A stretch of DNA of 64,000 nt from Bacteroidia bacterium (GCA_044238735.1 JBIICS010000002.1:3090-67089), one strand, 5' to 3'; shown: positions 9,478-20,036, counted from the stretch's first letter. Numbers and translations are program-made. Notes: generated by a model not told the origin, from the sequence alone.

Positions 9478-10722
9478 ATGAAGCGTGTAGTAATTACGGG
9501 AATGGGAGCTCTAACTCCTATAGGTAATAATTTGAAAGATTATTGGCAGGCATCGATAAACGGTGTAAGTGGTGCTGCTGCTATAACTAAGTTTGATACT
9601 GCTAAACATAAAACTCAATTTGCCTGCGAATTAAAAAATATAGTACCCGCCGATTTTTTTGAGAAAGGAGAGGCCCGCCGTTACGATCTGTTTACACAAT
9701 ATGCATTAATTGCGGTACAAGAGGCAGTTAACGATAGTGGTATACTGTTAAGGGAAGTAAATAAAGATAAGATTGGGGTTATATGGGCTTCGGGAAATGG
9801 TGGAATATCTACTTTTGACGAGCAAATGGGTGAATATTTTAAAGGGGATGAAACTCCGCGGTTTAATCCCTTTTTTATGCCAAAAATATTGGTGGATATG
9901 GCAAGTGGAATAATTGCGATGAAGCATGCTTTAAGAGGAATTAATTATACGGCAGTTTCGGCTTGTGCTTCATCAAACTCAGCCATGATGGATGCTTTTA
10001 ATTATATCCGTTGGGGTAAAGCAAATGCAATAATTACCGGTGGCTCTGAGGCGCCTATTACCCCTTCGGCAATTGGGGGATTTAATGCGTGTAAGGCCCT
10101 TAGTTTGCGAAATAACAGTCCGGGTGATGCTTCCCGTCCGTTTGATAAATCGCGCGATGGATTTGTAATGGGTGAAGGATCGGGGGCGTTTATTTTTGAG
10201 GAATATGAGCACGCTAAAAAACGTGGTGCTAAGATTTATGCGGAGGTAGTGGGTGCTGGTATGAGTGCTGATGCTTATCACCTTACTGCAACACATCCCG
10301 AAGGACTCGGCGCTATTTTAGGTATGACCGGTGCATTGGAGGACGCGCAATTAAATACAGATCAAATTGATTATGTAAATATGCATGCCACCAGTACTCC
10401 CGTTGGAGATATCAGTGAAATTAAAGCATTACACTCGCTGTTTAAAGAACATTTGTTTAAAATGAATCTGAGTGCAACCAAGTCGTTAACCGGTCATTTG
10501 TTGGGCGCGGCGGGCGCTATAGAAGGTATTGTTGCAGTTCTGTCTTTAAAAAACCAGGTGGTAACCCCAACTATAAATACACAAGAAATTGATGAGGCCA
10601 TTCCGGCAGGAATTAATTTAACATTGCATCAGCCTCAGGAACGAAAGATTGATTATGTGTTGAGTAATACTTTTGGATTTGGCGGTCATAACGCTTCTGT
10701 AATCTTCAAGCGCTTTCAATAG
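9478..10722 (+). CDS. fabF: 3-oxoacyl-[acyl-carrier-protein] synthase II (KAS II)
   Basis: RVVITGMGALTPIGN start, the active-site Cys context SACASS, YEHAKKRGAKIYAE, HATSTPVGD and TKS.TGHLLGAAGA are near-identical to E. coli FabF blocks. Confidence 0.9.
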   Translation: MKRVVITGMGALTPIGNNLKDYWQASINGVSGAAAITKFDTAKHKTQFACELKNIVPADFFEKGEARRYDLFTQYALIAVQEAVNDSGILLREVNKDKIGVIWASGNGGISTFDEQMGEYFKGDETPRFNPFFMPKILVDMASGIIAMKHALRGINYTAVSACASSNSAMMDAFNYIRWGKANAIITGGSEAPITPSAIGGFNACKALSLRNNSPGDASRPFDKSRDGFVMGEGSGAFIFEEYEHAKKRGAKIYAEVVGAGMSADAYHLTATHPEGLGAILGMTGALEDAQLNTDQIDYVNMHATSTPVGDISEIKALHSLFKEHLFKMNLSATKSLTGHLLGAAGAIEGIVAVLSLKNQVVTPTINTQEIDEAIPAGINLTLHQPQERKIDYVLSNTFGFGGHNASVIFKRFQ

Positions 10723-10793
10723 CTGGTTAGATAGAAGATTAAAGTGACTAGTAACTAGTAATCAGTAATTAGAAATTATAGATTGAGCCTTTT

Positions 10794-10851
10794 ACTTCAC
10801 TCTCAACTCTCAACTCTCAACTTTCAACTTTCAACTTTCAACCCTCAACTT
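10794..10851. repeat. Heptanucleotide microsatellite (tctcaac)3(tttcaac)3(cctcaac), about 7.5 copies, between convergent gene ends
   Basis: Directly visible tandem 7-mers from 10801 to 10849, preceded by a partial copy. Confidence 0.85.
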
Positions 10852-10856
10852 ATAGT

Positions 10857-11603
10857 CTATTGCCTGCTCACAATCTGCGATAATATAACCGAAGCTGCAA
10901 TAGCAACATTTAACGATTCGGGTGCCGGGTTATTGCCTTGAAACGAAGGAATGGTAATGGGCTTAGAGAGGTTTAAGAGTTCTTTTGATACGCCGTGCGA
11001 TTCGCTGCCCATGATAAGTACGAAGGGAGAAGAGATTTCATTTTTAAAAATATTATCTCCTTCCATATTGGCACAATAAACGGGAAGTTTAAGCCTGGAT
11101 ATAAGTTCCGGTAAATCTTCGTAAAAAACTTCTACGTATGCAAATGAACCCATAGTAGATTGTATTACTTTAGGATTATATACATCAACAGTGTTTTTAC
11201 TGCATATAATTTTTTTAATACCAAACCAATGACAAAGTCTGATGATCGTGCCTAAATTTCCGGGGTCGTTAATGCCGTCCAGTATTAAGATACTTTCTTT
11301 GATGTATTCTGGCTCAATTTTTTCACTTTTCTGTATGTCTACTAAAGCCAGAACTTTATTGGGTTTGCTTAAATGGGAAATTCGCTCCAGTAAATCCTCG
11401 TTTATAATCGTAATATTTTTCTTCAGTTTTTCCGGAGCCTCTTCTGCCCATTCTTTAAGAGCAAATATTGCCCTTATGTTATATCGAGAATGCAATAACT
11501 CACCTACGCATTTAGGTCCTTCTACTATAAACAATTGATTTTCCCGACGTACTTTTTTATCGGAGAGAGAACGTATGAGCTTAATTTGCGCCTGCGTTAG
11601 CAT
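10857..11603 (-). CDS. TrmH/SpoU-family RNA 2'-O-methyltransferase (RlmB-like)
   Basis: SpoU_methylase motifs LILDGINDPGNLGTIIR, IMGSESHG.S and NVAIAASVIL, plus an N-terminal substrate-binding domain. Confidence 0.85.
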   Translation of the reverse strand: MLTQAQIKLIRSLSDKKVRRENQLFIVEGPKCVGELLHSRYNIRAIFALKEWAEEAPEKLKKNITIINEDLLERISHLSKPNKVLALVDIQKSEKIEPEYIKESILILDGINDPGNLGTIIRLCHWFGIKKIICSKNTVDVYNPKVIQSTMGSFAYVEVFYEDLPELISRLKLPVYCANMEGDNIFKNEISSPFVLIMGSESHGVSKELLNLSKPITIPSFQGNNPAPESLNVAIAASVILSQIVSRQ

Positions 11604-11701
11604 ATTTACAAATGTAGGGAATTACTGGCTTATTTTTTGAGAAAGAAAGCGCGAATACATTTTTCATAAGCCCTATAATTGTTAACTTTACCTTTGGTCG
11701 G

Positions 11702-14143
11702 TTGAAAAAAATAAAATTACATATTCTTCTACTTTTTCTGGTCAACTTCTGGTATGGATGTTCGATTACCCATCGATTGCCCGAAAATGAATTTCTATTG
11801 AGTAATAACCGTTTGATAGTTGATAATTTAAAGTTAAATAAAGAAGAGATTTTAACTATTATTAAACAAAGGCCTAACAGACGTATTCTTAAGACAATTC
11901 GATTTCACCTTAGGGCTTATAATGCGGCAACAGTTTTTCGCGATTCGGGTAAAATCAGAAACTGGCTTCAGAATTCGGTTGGAGAAGAGCCGGTTATTCT
12001 CGATACAAATTTAACATCCAGAAGTTCAGAACAGATTAGTTTGTATTTAAGAAATAAAGGATATTATAACAGTCAGGTAACCGATACAACTGTTTATTTG
12101 GGAAGACAAGCTCGTGTTATTTATAAAGTTAAAAGTGGCACTCCCTATACAATTGGTACGTTTAATTATAGCATTCACGATTCTTTAATAAGGTCCTATG
12201 TATTGGCGAATGCCAAAAATACGCTCATAAAATTTGGTGATAATTTTGATGTGGATGTTTTGGAAGCAGAGAGGATTCGTATCACAGAAATATTAAAAAA
12301 TAATGGATTTTATTTTTTTAATAAAGAGTTCCTGGAATATGAGGCAGATAGTATTAAAAGAAAAGTAAACATCATTTTGCGATTAAGATCCAGAGACGAA
12401 ATTAAACTAAATATACCTAATCCTAATATTGATATTTTTAGTCCGTATACCATTACTAACGTAATTATTGATACTGATTTTGATACTCGTAACCCTAATT
12501 ATATCCATACCGATTCGCTGAGTAGAATTGGATATGTTTTAAATTACAATGGGCGCCTTGAATATAATCCCGAAATTATTTTACGTTCTATTTTCTTTCA
12601 GCAGGGAGATGTATACAGCGATAAAGCAGTTTCGGATACCTATCAATCTTTTTCAGAGCTTAAGGCCTTTCGTTATGTAAACATAACATTTCAGCCCGAT
12701 AATTGGGATATTGGAAATAAGAATCTAAAGTGTAACATTCAGCTAACACCTGTTATTCCTAAATCTTATTCAATATCAACCGAAGGTACTAACTCGTCAG
12801 GTAATTTGGGGGTTAACGGTAATTTAGTCTTTCAAAATAAAAACAGTTTTAAAGGCGCACAAATTCTTGAGTTTAAAATGTATGGTGGATTAGAGGTTCA
12901 GCGGCTATTGGTTTCTCAAAGCGCGTTAGATAGTTCTGCTGCTAATAATCAAATTACAGAAGTGTTGGATAAAACGCCAATAAAAAACACGTTTAACACT
13001 TTCGAGATTTCTCCATCTTTGTCTTACGAAGTACCGCAGTTCTGGCCTTTTAAAGCCGGATTACTTCCCAAGAAAGCACAACCGCACACCATCTTTTCTT
13101 CATCTTATAACTATCAGGTACGACCAGACTTTTCAAGAACAGTATTTAATACCTCTTTAGCTTGGCGTTTTAAACCTTTTCAAAAATCAAAATTCTTTAA
13201 TCAATCAAAACTTTTTATCTATCCTTTCGATTTAAATATAATTTCAATTGTAAAAAGTGAAGCTTTTCTGAAGAAAATTGTAGAAACAAACAATACGGGT
13301 ATAAAACTTTCTTTTACTGATGTTTTTATACCGGCAAACAAGATTTCATTTACCATAAATACCCAGGATGTTAATACTTCATACAAAAACAATCATTTCT
13401 TTAAACTCGATCTGGAGCAGGCGGGTGTCATTCTACAAACATTAAACAAGAATGGAATTATTAATTCTAAACAAACATCACGCGGCACTTATTACTTATT
13501 TGAAGATATTCAAGGCGTTCCGAAGCCTTATGCACAATACGTTAAAGTAGATGTAGATTATCGCTTTTTTCAGAAATTTGTTAATAGTAGCTCTTTTGTA
13601 TACAGGATTTTTGCTGGAGTAAGTAAACCATACGGAAATAGCGGAACGTCTTTACCCTTCCAGAAAAGTTATTTTAGCGGTGGAACCAATGATGTTAGGG
13701 CTTTCAGAGCTCGAACAATCGGACCCGGCGAGTATAATGCTGGTTCTGCAAACTCCTTTAATAAAATTGGGGATATAAAATTATTAGGCAATCTGGAATA
13801 TCGATTTACAATATACAAGGCATGGAAAGGCGCTGTTTTTACTGATGGTGGTAATATATGGATTTATCACGCCGATTCATTGAGACCGGGAGCTGAATTT
13901 AAATTTGAAAATTTTTACAAGCAAATTGCGATTGGCTCCGGTATCGGATTGCGTTATGATTTCGATTTTTTTATTGTTCGTTTAGATATGGCCACACCAC
14001 TCTACGATCCTATACTTCCCGAAGGCAGCAGAAGGGTTTACTCGCATATATTGGATAGATCATGGAGGGAACAGTATGGAATAGTGTACGGAACAAAATT
14101 TAATCCCATTACATTTAATTTAGGTATAGGATACCCTTTCTAG
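11702..14143 (+). CDS. Omp85 (BamA/TamA) family outer-membrane protein, 'surface antigen D15' barrel
   Basis: C-terminal barrel with F.GGTNDVRAFRARTIGPG and a terminal ...GIGYPF. Uses a TTG start. Which paralogue it is (BamA or TamA-like) is not decidable by eye. Confidence 0.6.
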   Translation: MKKIKLHILLLFLVNFWYGCSITHRLPENEFLLSNNRLIVDNLKLNKEEILTIIKQRPNRRILKTIRFHLRAYNAATVFRDSGKIRNWLQNSVGEEPVILDTNLTSRSSEQISLYLRNKGYYNSQVTDTTVYLGRQARVIYKVKSGTPYTIGTFNYSIHDSLIRSYVLANAKNTLIKFGDNFDVDVLEAERIRITEILKNNGFYFFNKEFLEYEADSIKRKVNIILRLRSRDEIKLNIPNPNIDIFSPYTITNVIIDTDFDTRNPNYIHTDSLSRIGYVLNYNGRLEYNPEIILRSIFFQQGDVYSDKAVSDTYQSFSELKAFRYVNITFQPDNWDIGNKNLKCNIQLTPVIPKSYSISTEGTNSSGNLGVNGNLVFQNKNSFKGAQILEFKMYGGLEVQRLLVSQSALDSSAANNQITEVLDKTPIKNTFNTFEISPSLSYEVPQFWPFKAGLLPKKAQPHTIFSSSYNYQVRPDFSRTVFNTSLAWRFKPFQKSKFFNQSKLFIYPFDLNIISIVKSEAFLKKIVETNNTGIKLSFTDVFIPANKISFTINTQDVNTSYKNNHFFKLDLEQAGVILQTLNKNGIINSKQTSRGTYYLFEDIQGVPKPYAQYVKVDVDYRFFQKFVNSSSFVYRIFAGVSKPYGNSGTSLPFQKSYFSGGTNDVRAFRARTIGPGEYNAGSANSFNKIGDIKLLGNLEYRFTIYKAWKGAVFTDGGNIWIYHADSLRPGAEFKFENFYKQIAIGSGIGLRYDFDFFIVRLDMATPLYDPILPEGSRRVYSHILDRSWREQYGIVYGTKFNPITFNLGIGYPF

Positions 14144-14145
14144 TT

Positions 14146-14904
14146 ATGGAAAATATATATGGTTTACTGGGCAAAAAATTGTCTCATTCGTTTTCAAAGA
14201 AATATTTTACTGATAAATTTCAGGAACTATCAATAAATAATTCACAGTATCTAAATTTTGAAATTGAAGAAATTAACTTGTTAAAAAAAATTATTGTAGA
14301 TTACCCTAATATAAAGGGTTTAAATGTAACAATTCCTTATAAGGAGTCCGTTATTAATCTGTTAGACGAGTTAAGTGAGGAAGTTAAAATAATTGGAGCA
14401 GTAAATACTATTAAAATTAGCTGGTTAAATAACAAAGCTTTTCTAAAAGGATATAATACCGATGCATATGGCTTTGCTCAATCTATCAAGCCTTTTCTGG
14501 ATTATAATCATCAACGTGCTTTAATTCTGGGTAATGGCGGTGCCGCAAAGGCGGTAAAGTATGTTTTAAATAATTTGGGAATCGATTATATAGTCATATC
14601 CCGAAATCCGGATAGAACAAAAAACGAGTTAGCATATTCCGATTTAAATGAATATGCGATTAATCAAAATAAGTTTATTATTAATACTACCCCTTTGGGA
14701 ATGTATCCCAATGAAAACGATTATCCTGATATACCTTATGCCGGTATTTCGAACTTGCATTTATGCGTTGATCTGATATACAATCCCGAGAAAACTATTT
14801 TCCTCCAAAAAAGTGAAAACCAGGGATCAAAAATTTTGAACGGATTAACTATGCTTAAAATGCAGGCCGAAAAGGCCTGGGAAATCTGGAATTCTAACTT
14901 ATAA
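14146..14904 (+). CDS. aroE: Shikimate 5-dehydrogenase
   Basis: YGLLGKKLSHSFSKKYF (the YG.IG.P..HS.SP block), a Rossmann GNGGAAKA motif and the family-typical MYPN region. Only 2 nt after the Omp85 gene. Confidence 0.75.
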   Translation: MENIYGLLGKKLSHSFSKKYFTDKFQELSINNSQYLNFEIEEINLLKKIIVDYPNIKGLNVTIPYKESVINLLDELSEEVKIIGAVNTIKISWLNNKAFLKGYNTDAYGFAQSIKPFLDYNHQRALILGNGGAAKAVKYVLNNLGIDYIVISRNPDRTKNELAYSDLNEYAINQNKFIINTTPLGMYPNENDYPDIPYAGISNLHLCVDLIYNPEKTIFLQKSENQGSKILNGLTMLKMQAEKAWEIWNSNL

Positions 14905-15043
14905 CTTTCTAAATATCAAAGTCTTAAACTTATAGGTAGAGAATACTAAAAAAACATGTATATTTGCCCTACAAACAAATTTACATCAGCCTATAGATAA
15001 AGCTCTACCCATTATTTTAATTAATATCCAGGTTTAAGAGCGT

Positions 15044-15922
15044 ATGTATTTTGGCAAATCATTAGGAATTATTTTTGCAAGTTTTATCTTGTTATTTTTA
15101 ACAGGATGCGACCTCTTTAATCCTAAAGCAGAAATTCCTTCATACATTGAAATTGATAAATTTATTATAAATACCGATTCCTTAACTCAGGGTTCCAGCG
15201 CTCAAAAAATAACAGATGCCTGGATTTATTTGAATGATAACCTGCAAGGAGTTTATGAATTGCCTGCAAAATTTCCTGTAATTGCGGATGGAACGTATAA
15301 TCTTAAGGTGTATCCGGGAATTAAGGTAAATGGTATTTCCGGATCCAGAGCGGCTTATACATTTCTTAATTACTACGAGGATAAAAATTTCTCTTTATCT
15401 AAGGAAAAAACAAATAAAATTACCGGAACTTCCACTTATAAGTCATACTTAACGTTTACCTGGCTCGAAAACTTTGAGTCGCAGGGAATAACTTTAATTA
15501 GGGGAATAACTTCAGATACCGGTTTTCAGGTGGTAACCGGAGGCCCTCAATCATTCAATAATACTAGGTTTGGGGCTGTTTATTTGGATGGTAATAAAAC
15601 TAAATTTATGGCCACCTCCTACCAGGGGTTTAAATTACCAAGCGATGGTACGCGGGCAAGTTTTCTTGAATTGCATTATGCTACTACAGGCCCAATGATT
15701 GTGGGTATAATTGCCAACCAAACAGGTGCTACCGCCACAGTGCCTTTGATCACGTTAAACTCAACCGGCGGAGCATGGAATAAGACCTACCTTAATTTCT
15801 CCGATTTAATTAATAGTAACAGAACCGCAAAGGATTATTCCGTCTATTTTGCAGGTACTCGTAAGGCAGAAGATAGTCCAACACAATATTTTTTCGAGAA
15901 CATAAAGTTGATTCATGAATAG
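15044..15922 (+). CDS. Hypothetical lipoprotein (lipobox LTGC)
   Basis: N-terminus MYFGKSLGIIFASFILLFLTGC. Overlaps the downstream sugar-transferase gene by 8 nt. Confidence 0.5.
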   Translation: MYFGKSLGIIFASFILLFLTGCDLFNPKAEIPSYIEIDKFIINTDSLTQGSSAQKITDAWIYLNDNLQGVYELPAKFPVIADGTYNLKVYPGIKVNGISGSRAAYTFLNYYEDKNFSLSKEKTNKITGTSTYKSYLTFTWLENFESQGITLIRGITSDTGFQVVTGGPQSFNNTRFGAVYLDGNKTKFMATSYQGFKLPSDGTRASFLELHYATTGPMIVGIIANQTGATATVPLITLNSTGGAWNKTYLNFSDLINSNRTAKDYSVYFAGTRKAEDSPTQYFFENIKLIHE

Positions 15923-17330
15923 GCAAACACAAACATTAAAGTATATTCTTTCTGATGTTGTGTCGGCAATATTAGCCTGGACTACTTTTTTTGCATATCG
16001 TAAAATATATATCGAACCCAAAAAATTAGGATATTCTATTCCTTTAATTTTTGATGATAATTTTTATAAGGCTTTAATTTTTCTGCCGGTTTTTTGGGTT
16101 TTATTATTCGCTTTAGGCGGAACATACCTGGATGTTTTAAGACGATCACGTTTAAAGGAGTTGGGTCAAACATTCTTAATTACAGTATTAGGAGGCTTTA
16201 TACTCTTTTTTATTTTGTTATTAGACGATTTTATAAGTGATTATCGTTTTTATTATTATAATCTTTTTACACTACTTCTCACGCATTTAATTGCTTTCCT
16301 GATACCCCGCTTAACACTCACTACCTTAACTGTTTTAAAAGTACATAAGCGAAAAATTGGATTTAATACTTTAATTATTGGCAGTAACGCTAAAGCCTTA
16401 TCGTTGTTTCACGAAATGCAGGGACAAAAAAATTCATCTGGAAATATCTTTATTGGATATGCACATTTAGATAATTTTAACGGTTCCGACTTGTCTGCTT
16501 TTATACCACGTTTGGGTAATGTCGAAAATATTGAAGATTTGATTAAACAATATAAAGTTGAAGAAGTGATTATTGCAATTGAATCTTCTGAACATAATAA
16601 GCTAAACGAGATTTTAAATAAAGTAGAAGGATTAAATGTGATTGTAAAGATTATACCAGACATGTACGATATTTTAAGTGGTTTGGTAAAGATGACATCT
16701 ATTTTTGGGGCTCCTTTAATTCAAATATCAAGAGAATTGATGTCTCCATGGCAAAAGGCTGTGAAACGCCTTATGGATATTGTAATTTCTTTTATCGCCT
16801 TGGTATTACTTTCCCCCTTGTATATCATCATCGCTTTGTTTGTTAAGTTTTCCTCAAACGGCCCCATTCTTTTTAAACAACTCAGAATTGGTATCCATGG
16901 CAAACCCTTTTATATTTTAAAATTTCGTTCCATGTATATAGATGCAGAAAAGAATGGGCCTGCTTTATCTAGCGATAATGATAAACGCATAACTCCGGTT
17001 GGTAAATTCCTTCGTAAAACACGCCTGGATGAATTACCTCAATTTTATAATGTTTTAATTGGTGAAATGAGTCTGGTAGGTCCTCGCCCCGAACGACAAT
17101 TTTTTATTGATCAAATTGTTTTAAAAGCTCCTCATTATAAATATCTTCATAAAGTTAGACCCGGCATTACTTCGTGGGGGCAAGTTAAATATGGTTATGC
17201 AGAAAATGTAGATCAAATGGTGGCACGATTAAAATTTGATATCCTATACATCGAAAACATGTCGCTGGCACTCGATTTTAAAATCATGATTTATACGGCT
17301 CTAATTATGATTCAGGGCAGAGGAAAATAA
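15915..17330 (+). CDS. Polyprenyl-phosphate glycosyl-1-phosphate transferase (bacterial sugar transferase family, WcaJ/EpsB-like) with N-terminal TM helices
   Basis: C-terminal catalytic domain RPGITSWGQVKYGYAENV...DELPQFYNVLIGEMSLVGPRPE matches the Bac_transf signature. There are 4-5 N-terminal hydrophobic helices. Confidence 0.85.
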   Translation: MNRQTQTLKYILSDVVSAILAWTTFFAYRKIYIEPKKLGYSIPLIFDDNFYKALIFLPVFWVLLFALGGTYLDVLRRSRLKELGQTFLITVLGGFILFFILLLDDFISDYRFYYYNLFTLLLTHLIAFLIPRLTLTTLTVLKVHKRKIGFNTLIIGSNAKALSLFHEMQGQKNSSGNIFIGYAHLDNFNGSDLSAFIPRLGNVENIEDLIKQYKVEEVIIAIESSEHNKLNEILNKVEGLNVIVKIIPDMYDILSGLVKMTSIFGAPLIQISRELMSPWQKAVKRLMDIVISFIALVLLSPLYIIIALFVKFSSNGPILFKQLRIGIHGKPFYILKFRSMYIDAEKNGPALSSDNDKRITPVGKFLRKTRLDELPQFYNVLIGEMSLVGPRPERQFFIDQIVLKAPHYKYLHKVRPGITSWGQVKYGYAENVDQMVARLKFDILYIENMSLALDFKIMIYTALIMIQGRGK

Positions 17331-17487
17331 CTGGGCTCAACGGCATTTAGTGTTCACGCTTTACGAAGATTAACTTTTAAAAAAATAAGGAGTTGATATC
17401 CACTATTACATCATATCTTTTTGCCCTATAGACATCTTCAATTAGCCAATAATTAGTAGCTTTAGATTCTCAAAAATTATTATCAGT

Positions 17488-18876
17488 ATGTCAGTTCAGA
17501 AACAATATTTAGAACAAAACAAAGACAGATTCATTAATGAATTATTAGACTTATTAAGAATCCCCTCTATAAGTGCCGACCCTAAATATAAAGCCGATGT
17601 TATTAAAACAGCAGAGGCAGTTAAAAAAAGTTTAATTGACGTAGGGGCCGAAAACTGCGAATTGGTTGAAACTCCCGGTTATCCGGTAGTTTATGCCGAA
17701 AAGATCATTAATCCTTCCTTGCCAACGGTTTTAGTGTATGGTCACTACGATGTACAACCTGCTGATCCATTAGATTTATGGCATTCTGGTCCTTTTGAAC
17801 CTATAATAAAGAAAACAGATCTTCATCCCGAAGGTGCCATTTTTGCTCGCGGTGCATGCGATGATAAAGGACAAATGTTTATGCATGTAAAAGCCTTCGA
17901 GATCATGATTAAAACTAATACGCTTCCTTGCAATGTAAAGTTTATGATTGAAGGTGAGGAAGAAGTAGGCTCGTCTAATCTTGGCCATTTCTTAAAAGCG
18001 AATAAAGAAAAATTAAAAGGTGATGTTATCCTGATTTCGGATACTTCTATTATTGCAAATGATATTCCGAGTATAACTACCGGATTGCGTGGTTTAAGTT
18101 ATCTGGAGGTTGAAGTAACTGGCCCTAATCGCGATCTGCACAGCGGAATATACGGAGGAGCTGTTGCCAATCCCATAAATATTCTTTGCGAAATGATTGC
18201 GTCTTTAAAAGATCAAAACAATCATATTTCAATTCCCGGATTTTATGATGATGTCGAAATCTTATCCGAATTAGAGCGAGCCGATATGGCAAAGGCTCCT
18301 TTTAGCATAGATGAGTATAAAAAACATTTAAACATCGAAGAGGTGAGGGGAGAGGAAGGTTTTACAACAAATGAACGCATTTCAATTCGTCCATCACTTG
18401 ATGTTAACGGTATCTGGGGTGGATATATAGGGGAAGGAGCTAAAACAGTTCTGCCTTCTAAAGCTTATGCAAAAATATCTATGCGTTTGGTTCCTAATCA
18501 AAATAGCGATAAAATATCTAATCTTTTTCAGAAACATTTCGAAAGTATTGCTCCTAAAAGTATTAAGGTAAAGGTAACTCCTCATCATGGAGGAAACCCG
18601 GTAGTTACCCCAACCGATACTCCTGCCTATAAGGCAGCTCATCAGGCCATGCTCGAAACGTATGGTAAAGCGCCTATTCCAAAAAGAGAAGGAGGAAGTA
18701 TACCAATTGTGGCGTTATTTGAAGAAGTATTAGGATTGAAATCAGTATTAATGGGATTTGGTTTAAATTCTGATTCCATTCACTCACCTAATGAACATTA
18801 TGGATTGTTTAATTATTTTAAAGGCATTGAGACTATTCCATTATTTTTTAAACATTATACGGAGTTAAAAAAATAA
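17488..18876 (+). CDS. M20-family metallopeptidase (dipeptidase/ArgE-DapE-like)
   Basis: YGHYDVQPADP....ARGACDDKGQ and the GEEEVGS metal-binding blocks. Confidence 0.85.
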   Translation: MSVQKQYLEQNKDRFINELLDLLRIPSISADPKYKADVIKTAEAVKKSLIDVGAENCELVETPGYPVVYAEKIINPSLPTVLVYGHYDVQPADPLDLWHSGPFEPIIKKTDLHPEGAIFARGACDDKGQMFMHVKAFEIMIKTNTLPCNVKFMIEGEEEVGSSNLGHFLKANKEKLKGDVILISDTSIIANDIPSITTGLRGLSYLEVEVTGPNRDLHSGIYGGAVANPINILCEMIASLKDQNNHISIPGFYDDVEILSELERADMAKAPFSIDEYKKHLNIEEVRGEEGFTTNERISIRPSLDVNGIWGGYIGEGAKTVLPSKAYAKISMRLVPNQNSDKISNLFQKHFESIAPKSIKVKVTPHHGGNPVVTPTDTPAYKAAHQAMLETYGKAPIPKREGGSIPIVALFEEVLGLKSVLMGFGLNSDSIHSPNEHYGLFNYFKGIETIPLFFKHYTELKK

Positions 18877-18881
18877 TTTAA

Positions 18882-18907
18882 AACCGGGAGACCCCGGTTT
18901 TTTTATT
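18882..18907. terminator. Bidirectional rho-independent terminator (aaccggg-agac-cccggtt flanked by A-run and T-run)
   Basis: Seen between the convergent stops of the M20 peptidase and the Sua5 gene. Confidence 0.6.
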
Positions 18908-19865
18908 TCCTAATGGATGCTCTTCTTAAACGATCGTTAATGGCTATCCCTAAACCGTTATCAGGTAAAAGCTCTGCTATTATCTCAGGCGAAGTGCTTT
19001 CATCAGCTTCTCTTAATGCCGAAAAAAGATTCTGAGCAGCTTCATCAATATTTTCATTATTGGTTAGCATTAAAACCTTATTTTCTTTAATGGTCTGATA
19101 TTCTTTTGTAAATGCAATAAACAAAGCGTTAGTTGGATTTTGTATTCTTTTTAGAAATTCTTGTTTGGATAATAAATATAAATGCTTACCAGGTGCATAA
19201 TGGGTGTCCATCTGTCCGGGTGCTTTCGGATTGCTGTTTTCGTTAAGGGCAAGTTCAATATTACCTGTAACGGCTTCAATTTTTTCTAAACTTAAACCGC
19301 CCAATCGGTATAAATAGGGAGTATTGCCAATAAAACCTATTATGGTCGATTCTATGCCAACATTACAACTTCCGCCGTCTAAAATATAATTAATTTTAGC
19401 GCCTAATTGATCGTTTACATGTTTGGCTCGGGTAGGACTTATATATCCAAAAGGATTAGCGCTTGGAGCAGCCAATGGGAAGTTGATCTTTTTTAATAGA
19501 TTTAAGGTTAAAGGATGATTGGGTATTCTAATACCAACTGTATCTAAGCCCGATGTAACAATATCAGGAATTATTGATTTTTTCTTTAGAACAATTGTAA
19601 GGGGTCCGGGAGAAAAGTGTTTATAAAGAAGGCGAGCTTTTTCGGGCAGCTCCTCTGCATACTTTTCAATTTCTTCAATTCCTGAAACATGAACAATTAA
19701 GGGATCAAAACTGGGCCTTTCTTTTATCTTAAAAATGTTTAGACAGGCATCAGCATTAAGGGCATTAGCGGCCAGGCCATAAACTGTTTCCGTTGGTATT
19801 CCAACACACTCGCCGTTTTTAAGGAGTTCAGCTGCCTTATTTATGTCTGTACCTATTAGAGCCAC
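18903..19865 (-). CDS. tsaC: L-threonylcarbamoyladenylate synthase, Sua5-type (YrdC domain + Sua5 C-terminal domain)
   Basis: NGECVGIPTETVYGLAANALN is the YrdC/Sua5 signature. At 320 aa it fits the two-domain Sua5 form. Confidence 0.85.
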   Translation of the reverse strand: MALIGTDINKAAELLKNGECVGIPTETVYGLAANALNADACLNIFKIKERPSFDPLIVHVSGIEEIEKYAEELPEKARLLYKHFSPGPLTIVLKKKSIIPDIVTSGLDTVGIRIPNHPLTLNLLKKINFPLAAPSANPFGYISPTRAKHVNDQLGAKINYILDGGSCNVGIESTIIGFIGNTPYLYRLGGLSLEKIEAVTGNIELALNENSNPKAPGQMDTHYAPGKHLYLLSKQEFLKRIQNPTNALFIAFTKEYQTIKENKVLMLTNNENIDEAAQNLFSALREADESTSPEIIAELLPDNGLGIAINDRLRRASIRK

Positions 19866-19880
19866 GCTGGTTTAAATAAA

Positions 19881-19903
19881 AAATGCAACCCTGGGGTTGC
19901 ATA
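19881..19903 (-). terminator. Hairpin (tgcaaccc-ca-gggttgca) + T-run terminator downstream of tRNA-Leu on the minus strand
   Basis: Inverted repeat immediately 3' of the tRNA, followed by ttttt on the minus strand. Confidence 0.5.
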
Positions 19904-19988
19904 TGGTGCGGAAGAAGGGACTCGAACCCCCACGCCTCGCGGCGCCAGATCCTAAGTCTGGTGCGGCTACCAATTACGCCACTTCCGC
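19904..19988 (-). tRNA. tRNA-Leu (anticodon TAG), long variable arm, CCA encoded
   Basis: Reverse complement reads GCGGAAG-TG-GCGTAATTGGTAGCGC...ACCAGA-CTTAGGA-TCTGG...long variable arm...GGGTTCGAGTCCC-CTTCCGC-ACCA. The acceptor stem pairs perfectly. Confidence 0.85.
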
Positions 19989-20036
19989 ATCTTAGGAATG
20001 CAAATATACTAAAATTTCGTTTTTTTATGCAAATAT

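Noticed and set aside
9979-11538. Antisense ORFs inside fabF (9979..10296), the TrmH-family gene (11242..11538), MFS (20119..20493) and others of similar size
   Set aside because: They overlap well-supported genes on the opposite strand and encode low-complexity peptides.
18903-19988. Functional link between Sua5/TsaC (t6A synthesis) and the adjacent tRNA-Leu
   Set aside because: t6A is made on ANN-decoding tRNAs, and tRNA-Leu(UAG) is not a substrate. The adjacency is most likely coincidental, and each gene has its own terminator.
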